Origin: a virus | Taxonomy: Duplodnaviria; Caudoviricetes | Direction: 5' to 3' (one strand) | IMG/VR virus record: IMGVR_UViG_2600255093_000008 | Location: 1-64,000 of that record | Length of the DNA: 64,000 bases | In this document: positions 56,834 to 64,000 of the stretch, in pieces | Layout of the letters: every line of letters starts with the position of its first letter | Position numbering within the stretch: position 1 is the stretch's first letter | Translations under genes and position numbers: made by a program | Notes under the pieces: generated by a model | What the model was told of the DNA's origin: nothing | What the model saw: only the letters and a program-made list of their open reading frames with translations | Database searches by the model: none

Positions 56834-57199
56834 CTATTTCCGAGCAGGCTCCACAGCAAAGGCGAACCGTCCGAAGATGTGTGGGAACATCTCACGAGCG
56901 ATCACCAGCCCGGCATCCGTTGTGTGCTCGCCTTCGAGTACGAACGCGCTGTTACTATTCCCCCGGCTGTCTCCGCTGCGATCCCAGAACGCGAGCACGG
57001 TCCATCCGTTGATGACCGATCGGTGAACGGCGCCCTGCACCTGGTCGCCGTCTTGAGGCAGTAGATGGCTGTCCAGGATGTGCAGAGCGAACGGCAGAGA
57101 ACGCTCTGCGTCGCGACCAGCGAAACGACCACTGCGCGTGTGCAGATGGTGCCCCGCTTGACCCGCGTTCCACACACCGAAGTAGTACACCTGCATCAC
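56834..57199 (-). CDS. Hypothetical protein between portal and protease
   Basis: YYFGVW...GHHL...WTVLAFWDRSGDSRGNSNSAF; AAGGGGA RBS. Confidence 0.65.
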   Translation of the reverse strand: MMQVYYFGVWNAGQAGHHLHTRSGRFAGRDAERSLPFALHILDSHLLPQDGDQVQGAVHRSVINGWTVLAFWDRSGDSRGNSNSAFVLEGEHTTDAGLVIAREMFPHIFGRFAFAVEPARK

Positions 57200-60057
57200 G
57201 ACATCCCCTTGACCAGTTCCCGGAGCCGCTGTTCAACCGTCGCCGCGTCGGGTGCGGCACGCTCGACGCTAAGCTGCTCGTTAAGGTGGGTGAACAGTTC
57301 GGCGATCATCGCGGCCCACACACCGAACCCGTCGTCGGTGTCCACCGCTTCACCGCGGACCTTGTGAGCGGCCCAATACGCGGCCTTGACGATCACCTTT
57401 GAGGCAATCGACGCGACGAGGTGCCCAGAGATGCCGAACCCGAGCGCATCGTTGAGATTCGAGGACACCGCGTCGGCAGTCTTCGGGTTGGCCGTTCCGG
57501 AGCTGAGGTTCGGGTTGTAGCCGAGCAGCTTCATGTCGCCCGGGGTATCCAGAATCGCACCGAGTATCCCACCGATGCGTTCGGCCGCGGGACTCAGGCG
57601 AATCGACCACTCGTAGGCTTTCACGGCCGCGGTCAGGGCCAGATCCTTGACGCGCGCGACGGTGCCAGCGGGCGGGCGCTTGTCGGCTGGCAGTGCCGCA
57701 ATGTCCTTGTCGATGCCTGCGGTGATGGACGCGCGGTCGTCGTCGTGCAACTCGTGGGCGCGGTCGGGTGCGGCGGCGTCGGACGGACCGTTACCTTTAA
57801 CGCGGCGCTGGTACGTGGTCCCGTTCGACAAATGGACGTCGATTATCCGATCTTCCCAGACAATCGCCTTGATCGGTGCCGATTCCTTTTTCGCCGGCGC
57901 GACCTGACCCTTCACGAGCACCTTGCCGTCGGGCAACACGACCGGCGGGCGAACGACAACGCCCGTATCGCCGGGGAACATCCCCGCGGGTGCGTAGTAC
58001 AGTGCGCCGGAATGTTTGACCGGCTCGCCCTTCTTCGGCCCGGTCGTCGCGGCGCCGGTGATCGGCAACACACGCTCGATGGCCGCTTGAGCCTCGACGT
58101 GGCCGAGGTCGTGAGCGTGCATCCATACCGACGCGAGTTCTTGCGCCAAGTCCCGAGCGTCGCCGTCGGTCGCGTTGAAGAGCGCGGATTCGAGGTAGTC
58201 TTTCGCCACCGGGTCCGTGGCCTGAGAAATGGCCGCTTTGGTCGCGCTGAAGGGGTCCGATTCGGTCGACTGGTCGGGCGCCTTAGCGACCTGTTTGCCG
58301 TCAACGTAATGCCGCTCGCGCCCCTTCGCGTCCTTGATGGTGCCCGTGAAACCTTCTTTCAGAATGGCTTCACCGAAGATTCCCCCGTCATCCGGAGACG
58401 TGCCGTCACCGCCCGCACTGCCCGGGGGTGTGGGCGTGGGATCTTTCGGACCGGCCGTCGGCGCTGGTACCGGTGCGGGAAGTCCGCCCATCTCTGTCAG
58501 CTTCTTCTTGTGGCTGGCAAGGTTCGCGAGCAGCACTTTTGGATCGTCGCCGGCAGCGCTCATCCACTTGTAGGGATCGGCCACACCCTTATCGAGTAGC
58601 GCGAGGAAGGTACGAGCCTTCTTTTCTTCGTCGGCGATCACAACCGGCTTCGAGGTCAGCACGGGCTTCACCCGCCGCCACGTGCCCTGTGGCAGCCGGC
58701 CCGATTCCTCGCACAGCAGAATCACGCGCTCGATAACGGACCGCGTGAACCCTTGCTGCTTCTTCTGGCGACCTTCGATGATGCGGACGAAGGGGGAGCC
58801 GGACACGAGGCTCGACGCGAACGAGTCGGCCTCTCCGGAGAAGGAAGACGGCAGGCCGAAGCGGAAGCTGATGCTCCGCATGATGGCCTGCTCGACCTGG
58901 ACGAACCCGTTGGGTTGCGACGTCGGCCCCACCTGGACGTTGCGCCCGGCTTCGGTGCGGATGATCGAGCCGGCGTCGTAATTCTTCACATCCACGCGCG
59001 CAGCATTTGAGCCTTGCCCCGGTCCACCGAGCCGCAGGCCCTGATAGTCGCGGTTCGTTTCGATATGCCGGCGGAGATTGTCTTCGGTCGTGTTGGCGTA
59101 CTCTTCCCACCACGCAATTGCCGCTTGCAGTCGAGCCACGTGGCCCATGTTTTCGAGCAGGCCCGCTACCTTGCGCACCAGCTCAGCGACCGGCCGGAAG
59201 TCGCTCATGCCGCGTTTCACGACGCGGTCAACGTTATGCTTCGTGCGCACGAACCGGTTCGCCGGGATCACGCGCCCGCCGTCGCGGTCCGGGTGGGCCA
59301 CGTAGATCGCCGGCACTGTCTCGGCGTCGTGGGGCTTGGTGAGCGCGCCCCACTTCCAGTCTTCGAGGCTGGCCCAATCAAAGTCGCGCGGCACCTCATC
59401 CGGTGTGCGGATTAGCTCAGGCTCAACGTGACGGCACACGGGCACTTCGCCCCGACCGCCGCGGAAAAACTCGAGAGTCGCTTCCCCTTCAAGGATGCTG
59501 CGCCCGATGCACTCCTCTTCCCGGTCCGTCTCGCCCTGGCCCCAGTCGTTGACCTCGCACCACTCGTCCCATGCCTCTTGTACAGTGCGGACGAGCGGGT
59601 CAACGTCCGTCTGACCGTCGCCGTCGGCATCGACCGGGCCGGACGCGGTGGAGCCGGGCGCCTGGCCGCGCAACACGAACTGTACGGACACGGGACCGAT
59701 GAACGCCTTGACGTGATCCCTGAACCCGATCAGCAGGTGATTTCGCTGCGCCATCTCGCGCACGAGCGACAGGTGCAGGCGCCATTCCTCTTCGGTCAGG
59801 TACGGCAGCGCCGCGTGCGTGCGGTCGTCGGCCCGGTCCGCGGGATAGCCCCCACCGAACCCACCGAGGTAACCGAACGTGCCGTCATAGAATCGGTCGA
59901 ATCGCCAGGAGACGGCGTCGAGTGCAGCAATCTGCTCGCGGACCCGGCCTTCCGCGAGCGCGAGTTGCCGACGAAGTGTGGTCAGACCCTCTGGTTCCGA
60001 TGAACCAGAGGTTGCGGGGAGTGCTTCGGATGTGGTCAGCGTGATGGCCGGATACAT
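57196..60057 (-). CDS. Portal protein with long C-terminal extension (953 aa)
   Basis: RHVEPELI, KHNVDRVVKRGMSDF, RFGLP..FSGEADSFAS; position after terL. Confidence 0.8.
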   Translation of the reverse strand: MYPAITLTTSEALPATSGSSEPEGLTTLRRQLALAEGRVREQIAALDAVSWRFDRFYDGTFGYLGGFGGGYPADRADDRTHAALPYLTEEEWRLHLSLVREMAQRNHLLIGFRDHVKAFIGPVSVQFVLRGQAPGSTASGPVDADGDGQTDVDPLVRTVQEAWDEWCEVNDWGQGETDREEECIGRSILEGEATLEFFRGGRGEVPVCRHVEPELIRTPDEVPRDFDWASLEDWKWGALTKPHDAETVPAIYVAHPDRDGGRVIPANRFVRTKHNVDRVVKRGMSDFRPVAELVRKVAGLLENMGHVARLQAAIAWWEEYANTTEDNLRRHIETNRDYQGLRLGGPGQGSNAARVDVKNYDAGSIIRTEAGRNVQVGPTSQPNGFVQVEQAIMRSISFRFGLPSSFSGEADSFASSLVSGSPFVRIIEGRQKKQQGFTRSVIERVILLCEESGRLPQGTWRRVKPVLTSKPVVIADEEKKARTFLALLDKGVADPYKWMSAAGDDPKVLLANLASHKKKLTEMGGLPAPVPAPTAGPKDPTPTPPGSAGGDGTSPDDGGIFGEAILKEGFTGTIKDAKGRERHYVDGKQVAKAPDQSTESDPFSATKAAISQATDPVAKDYLESALFNATDGDARDLAQELASVWMHAHDLGHVEAQAAIERVLPITGAATTGPKKGEPVKHSGALYYAPAGMFPGDTGVVVRPPVVLPDGKVLVKGQVAPAKKESAPIKAIVWEDRIIDVHLSNGTTYQRRVKGNGPSDAAAPDRAHELHDDDRASITAGIDKDIAALPADKRPPAGTVARVKDLALTAAVKAYEWSIRLSPAAERIGGILGAILDTPGDMKLLGYNPNLSSGTANPKTADAVSSNLNDALGFGISGHLVASIASKVIVKAAYWAAHKVRGEAVDTDDGFGVWAAMIAELFTHLNEQLSVERAAPDAATVEQRLRELVKGMS

Positions 60058-60073
60058 GACCGGCCAATGGCAC
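60058..60073 (-). promoter_or_regulatory. Late motif copy 5 (GTGCCATTGGCCGGTC-ATG)
   Basis: Abuts ATG 60057. Confidence 0.8.
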
Positions 60074-60076
60074 CGG

Positions 60077-60481
60077 CTACACCTGGTGCGTGCCTTCGAC
60101 GCCACGTGCGAGTCGATCCTTCGTGCGTTGCTGCAAAGACGCACGCGCGGACCGCAGTGAGCTGAGCGCGTCTGCGTTGTACGGATGCGCGAACGGGCCG
60201 TTCTGGAAACCCTCCAGTCGGTCGATCAGGATCGTGAGCAACACTTCGTGCGTCAGCCCGTTAGTTCCGACTTCGGGGATCGGGCCGTTTTGGAACAGGA
60301 TCGTCGAATGTTGAGCGGGCTGACCATGACGCGCCGTCCACGGATCGGACGGATTAGTTCCGCTATTGAATCCTTCGACCTGGTAGAGGTGCGGCGCGCC
60401 GCCCTTGCCCGGCTCGTCGAGCACAGTGATAGTGAGATGGTCGTTGCAACCGTTTACCTTGTGGCCGTTCAACTCGCGCAT
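60077..60481 (-). CDS. tad1: Tad1-family anti-defence sponge protein
   Basis: DEPGKGGAPHLY, ILFQNGP, NGLTHEVLLTILIDRLEGFQNGPF, NADAL, QRTKDRLARGVEGT match the Tad1 motif order as I recall it. Confidence 0.8.
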   Translation of the reverse strand: MRELNGHKVNGCNDHLTITVLDEPGKGGAPHLYQVEGFNSGTNPSDPWTARHGQPAQHSTILFQNGPIPEVGTNGLTHEVLLTILIDRLEGFQNGPFAHPYNADALSSLRSARASLQQRTKDRLARGVEGTHQV

Positions 60482-60511
60482 TGGGCACTCCGTTAGGAAA
60501 TCGAAAGAGAC

Positions 60512-60527
60512 GAACGGCCAATGGCAC
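60512..60527 (-). promoter_or_regulatory. Late motif copy 6 (GTGCCATTGGCCGTTC)
   Basis: 30 nt upstream of the tad1 ATG, with a GGAG RBS between. Confidence 0.75.
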
Positions 60528-60531
60528 TGAC

Positions 60532-61221
60532 TTAGCGCGAGGCTTTAGCTCGTCGGGCTTTGACAACCGGAGTAGTGTCTACGGTCTGACTGCAAACCCA
60601 TTCGCCGGCCGCGTAGGTCTGGCACGACTTACACTTTCTGCACGCCTGGAATCGTCCGCGTACTGACTTCAGGGACCATTCCTCACACCACCAACAGAGA
60701 TCGTGAAGGGCCTGTTCTTTGGTCTGCCGGATCACGTCGGCCTTACTGTCCCATTCGAGCGGGTGCAGCATCCTGCCCGTGTGCCCGGCCGCGACCTGGA
60801 GTGCGTCAAATGCGGCTTGGTATCGACCTGCGTTGTGCCAGAAGTCATCGGTGCGGATGTAGCCGGAGTAGAGATCCTCGTCGCGTTCCAGGTAATTGAT
60901 GGCTGTCGTGAGCCACAGCAAGGCTTGCGGGTTGTCGGATGAGCCGATGCCGTTCTCCGGTCGCCAAGTGCGGAAGTTCTGTTTGGCCGACACTTCGAGG
61001 TAATTGATCGTGAAGCCGAGCGCGCGGAACTTCTCCTTAAGCGCGGTACGGGCGTTCGCCGCGGCCTTCTCGTGCATGGAGACTTGCGGGTGAACGATAG
61101 TGAGCGCGCGAATGCCGTGCGGGTGGTGAGTGGTCCCGTCGCGATGCTCGGTCGCGATGCGATGCAGAACCAACGTCGAATCGAGACCGCCGGACCAGCA
61201 GAGCAAAGACATAAAACGCAA
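60532..61221 (-). CDS. queC: QueC-like PP-loop ATPase (7-cyano-7-deazaguanine synthase family)
   Basis: WSGGLDST, KADVI, C-terminal CWWC...CRKCKSC. Confidence 0.8.
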   Translation of the reverse strand: MRFMSLLCWSGGLDSTLVLHRIATEHRDGTTHHPHGIRALTIVHPQVSMHEKAAANARTALKEKFRALGFTINYLEVSAKQNFRTWRPENGIGSSDNPQALLWLTTAINYLERDEDLYSGYIRTDDFWHNAGRYQAAFDALQVAAGHTGRMLHPLEWDSKADVIRQTKEQALHDLCWWCEEWSLKSVRGRFQACRKCKSCQTYAAGEWVCSQTVDTTPVVKARRAKASR

Positions 61222-61277
61222 TCTCCAAAGGGATCGTGCCAGGATGCGCAGTCGGAACAGAATGTCATCGCCGGCCT

Positions 61278-61466
61278 CTATCGATCAACGCCGTGCTTCG
61301 TTTCGCGCGTGTCTTCCTTTTCATCAGCCGACCGATGCCGCTGAGTCGGCACGTAAGCCAAGTACCCGGACGACCGCAGTTCGTTCAGGACCACTTTGCG
61401 GCAATGCTTGCAGAATCGCTCGTGAGCCTCCGCAGGGAATGCCTTGCAACGTTCGCAGGTCTTCAT
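61278..61466 (-). CDS. Small Zn-finger protein
   Basis: CERC...CKHC. Confidence 0.55.
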   Translation of the reverse strand: MKTCERCKAFPAEAHERFCKHCRKVVLNELRSSGYLAYVPTQRHRSADEKEDTRETKHGVDR

Positions 61467-62995
61467 GTCAACAGTTCCTCCAACCGAATGACGGCCGTCG
61501 CCAGCGCATCAGGGCCGTCGTCGTGATCGCCGTGGGGGAAGTCGCGGAGTTGATTCGCGAGTAGCTGCCCGCCCGCAGTGTTGCGGACACGGATCTGGCC
61601 GAGGCGGATGTAGTCGTTGAGCGCGCGAATGCGCACGATCTTCGGGTCCGAGACGCTCTTCTCGTAGTAGATCAACGACACAGGCCGGCCCTGCTTGAGC
61701 CGGTCTTGCTTCACACGCTCGGCAGCCGGCCCGAAGAGGCCCATCGTGTTGTTGACTTCCGCGACCAACTCCTTCGGCTGCCAGCTCGCCGCGATGTCGA
61801 TGGCCCGTTCGACCCACTCAGGCTCGCGCCTCAACTCGCAGTCAACGAACAGCGTGCCGTACCGGGACAGGCCGAGCATGATGTGGGCCTGGTAGTCGGA
61901 CTTCTCGCTCGTGCCCTTCGAGGGGTCCAGGGACTGGATCTTGAACACGATGTCGTCGGGCCACTGATTGAAGAAGAAGTCAGCGCGGTCGAAGCACTCC
62001 GACGGCCATTCCACGCCTTCGATCGACCCGGGCACGCCCTGGAATTCGGACTCGAACGCGGACGCGCCCACTTCGGCCCGCTTCAGCATGATGTCGAGCA
62101 AGCTGAATCGCTGGGGCCAGTAGAGCACCGCGCCCTCGTCCATCGCAGCTTTGTTCCGCTCGTAGAACGCACGCGCCGTTGTGTCGCGGTTGTCGTCGGC
62201 GAGGTTCGTCGCAAGCCTCTCGAACTCGTCCCACAGGTCCATTCGCTTCGGCCAGGAGTGGACGGCCTTGTACGTGTGCCCGGACCAGCCGGCGAGTTTG
62301 CCGAGACGGACCGCAACGGCCTCACGGTGGATGGCGGAGCCGACGGCGAGGAAGTTCGTGTGCTCATCGCCGGCGTTCATCACCTCGCGCGTGGCCCATC
62401 GCCAAGCGTGGTCGCGTTCGATCGGCGAGATAACGTCTTTGTTCGATTGAATGTCGTCGAAAATGATGAGTGACGGTCGGGCTGATCGGTTGCGGCGCCC
62501 GCGCACCTTTTTGCCGCGGCCGAGGGCCTCGATAATCGACCCGTTGCGGAGTTGGATTCGCGACGTCTTCCATTCCGGCCCGACGCCCGCTGCGTCCGAG
62601 TACACCGTGCGAATCAGGTCGTTGTCTTCGAGCTCCTTCCTGATGTGCCCTAAGTGCTGGTCGGCCTGGTCGCTGCTGTCCGACAGAATGAGCGTGTACT
62701 TCTCCCAACCCTCCAGGGCGGCACGGAGCGGGTAGGCGAGCGTCTTCCAGGTGCTTTTCGCTCCACCCCGCGGCGCGATGTCGGAGATCTTCACCGATCT
62801 CCGCTTGTGGAGTTGGTGCAGCTCGGTGTCGAACTGGCGGTGAAAGTCCGCCTGGCTGCCGCGGAAGTAGTGCGGCAGGTACGTGCGGTTCCAATCCGTC
62901 GGCGATAACTCACGCGCCATCAGCCGTTCCCCGGCCGCCCAAATGCGGCGGAGCGAAGAGGGGGCGAAGGGCAGTGAGGAGAGCTGCGAGTTCAT
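61463..62995 (-). CDS. terL: Terminase large subunit
   Basis: APRGGAKST, IIFDDIQ, QSLDPS, HDDGPDA. Confidence 0.93.
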   Translation of the reverse strand: MNSQLSSLPFAPSSLRRIWAAGERLMARELSPTDWNRTYLPHYFRGSQADFHRQFDTELHQLHKRRSVKISDIAPRGGAKSTWKTLAYPLRAALEGWEKYTLILSDSSDQADQHLGHIRKELEDNDLIRTVYSDAAGVGPEWKTSRIQLRNGSIIEALGRGKKVRGRRNRSARPSLIIFDDIQSNKDVISPIERDHAWRWATREVMNAGDEHTNFLAVGSAIHREAVAVRLGKLAGWSGHTYKAVHSWPKRMDLWDEFERLATNLADDNRDTTARAFYERNKAAMDEGAVLYWPQRFSLLDIMLKRAEVGASAFESEFQGVPGSIEGVEWPSECFDRADFFFNQWPDDIVFKIQSLDPSKGTSEKSDYQAHIMLGLSRYGTLFVDCELRREPEWVERAIDIAASWQPKELVAEVNNTMGLFGPAAERVKQDRLKQGRPVSLIYYEKSVSDPKIVRIRALNDYIRLGQIRVRNTAGGQLLANQLRDFPHGDHDDGPDALATAVIRLEELLT

Positions 62996-63686
62996 CGGGG
63001 GCCATCTTGGTCAGGTCCGGCAGGTCGCCGTCTTTGATCTTCACCACGTCCTCGAACATGCCGAGGTGCCGCGCGACGTTGACCAGTGCGGCGTGTTGGT
63101 CGTTGAGTTTGGCTTCGATTCCCTCTTTGGTTTGCTTCACGCCGGCGTAGAGGCACTTCGCCGCGGCAGACAGCAACCGAGTGTCTTTGATGTGGGTTCG
63201 GCCTTCGCCCTCACCGAAGCACTCGGAGCAGTCCGGGTGAGGCGGCTTCCTCGCGTCGTAACCGTCGCCCCCCATTGTGGCGAACGTGCCGGGGTGCGGT
63301 TCCTTCGAGTTGGCCTGGTGCGCACGGACCAGCACATCGTGCGCGGCCCGATCCCGCTCCAACTCCCCCTGCGTGCGCTGGTACCGGTTCCCGCGACCGT
63401 GGCAGTACCGGCAGCACGTCCGCCGGTACTCCACGATCTCGTTCGCATCGGCCGTCGCGATCGACCAGAACCGCTGTAGGACCGCGTCCGCACTGATCTC
63501 CGTGCTTTTACTGCGTTTCGCAATCGCCGCATCGATCGCCGCTTTTACGTCAACAAAAGTCAACAACCGCTGACCGATCTGCTTCGCCGTCTTTGCCGAA
63601 TACCCTGCCCGAATAGCGGCTTGCGTTGCGTTCAGATCGATCAGGTATTCAGCGACGAAACGCTGTTGCTTGGGTGTAAGAGCCAT
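62910..63686 (-). CDS. terS: Terminase small subunit with Zn-binding insertion
   Basis: LTPKQQRFVAEYLIDLNATQAAIRAGYS; CCRYC...CSEC. Confidence 0.93.
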   Translation of the reverse strand: MALTPKQQRFVAEYLIDLNATQAAIRAGYSAKTAKQIGQRLLTFVDVKAAIDAAIAKRSKSTEISADAVLQRFWSIATADANEIVEYRRTCCRYCHGRGNRYQRTQGELERDRAAHDVLVRAHQANSKEPHPGTFATMGGDGYDARKPPHPDCSECFGEGEGRTHIKDTRLLSAAAKCLYAGVKQTKEGIEAKLNDQHAALVNVARHLGMFEDVVKIKDGDLPDLTKMAPDELAALLTALRPLFAPPHLGGRGTADGA

Positions 63687-63702
63687 GCCCGGCAAATGGC
63701 AC
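63687..63702 (-). promoter_or_regulatory. Late motif copy 7 (GTGCCATTTGCCGGGC-ATG)
   Basis: Abuts terS ATG 63686. Confidence 0.8.
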
Positions 63703-63935
63703 TATTCCGCACCTGCCGATTCTTCCGTCAGATCGCGAATCACCACTGTGAGCGTCTCATACGCCGGCCAGCGATCACCCTCGAACGGCACCCCGTGACG
63801 CTCGGCAACCTGCCGAAACCGATCGGCCAGTGGACCGGCCAACAGCTCGGGAATCGCACCAAACACGCGATCCCGGTCGGCGCGGTACAAAGTCGATAAC
63901 GCCCGCCGGAACCGTTCCAGGGGCCGAAACGCCAA
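63702..63935 (-). CDS. Hypothetical protein upstream of terS
   Basis: ORF; start uncertain near the window edge. Confidence 0.4.
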   Translation of the reverse strand: MAFRPLERFRRALSTLYRADRDRVFGAIPELLAGPLADRFRQVAERHGVPFEGDRWPAYETLTVVIRDLTEESAGAE

Positions 63936-64000
63936 GTTTGAACCGGGGGGTTCAAGCTCAAGACCGGCCGCACTTGCGATATCCCTGACAATTTGCGTCT

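Larger units (their letters stand above)
32952..64000 (-). mobile_element. Prophage B (GC-rich; right end, integrase and presumably the intact tRNA-His outside window)
   Basis: terS-terL-portal-protease-capsid-tail-lysis genes on the minus strand; bounded on the left by att. Confidence 0.9.

Noticed and set aside
60532-61221. Complete 7-deazaguanine (dpd) DNA-modification cluster
   Set aside because: Only queC-like is visible; no dpdA, queD, queE or folE in the window
40576-63702. Reading the late motif on the plus strand as sigma54 promoters (TGGCAC)
   Set aside because: No conserved TTGC -12 box at the required spacing, and the plus orientation points away from the genes; the fixed abutment to minus-strand ATGs fits better

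Overview
This window looks like a planctomycete (Gemmata-like) mobile-element hotspot. The taxon is inferred from a DUF1580-type regulator, planctomycete-style integrase N-termini and a SWIM protein. Three elements sit in tandem, separated by two identical 45-bp copies of the 3' half of tRNA-His(GUG) at 8180-8224 and 32952-32996 (minus strand); no intact tRNA is in the window. (S) <1-8224 is a satellite/PICI-like element: integrase, DUF1580 regulator, AEP primase-SF3 helicase, an iteron-like GTGACA cluster, an HTH protein, a Cas2-like gene and a tail-type gene that the ORF track missed. (A) 8180-32996 is a compact, visibly AT-richer HK97-like siphoprophage. It has a full head-tail module, two glycosyltransferases, DUF5131, xis/int, and an unannotated array of four related Pro/Lys-rich micro-peptide genes facing a 3-TM membrane protein; no lysis gene was recognised. 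(B) 32952->64000 is a GC-rich prophage, truncated by the window end. It carries a gpT-like capsid module, a Tad1 anti-defence sponge, a QueC-like enzyme, glycosyltransferases, a papain-like putative lysin and a sigma factor lacking region 4. Seven copies of a 16-bp motif (GTGCCATTDGCCGKKC, minus strand) occur in B; five directly abut late-gene ATGs, which suggests a single-box, leaderless late-promoter system. All family assignments come from motif recognition by eye, not from database searches.
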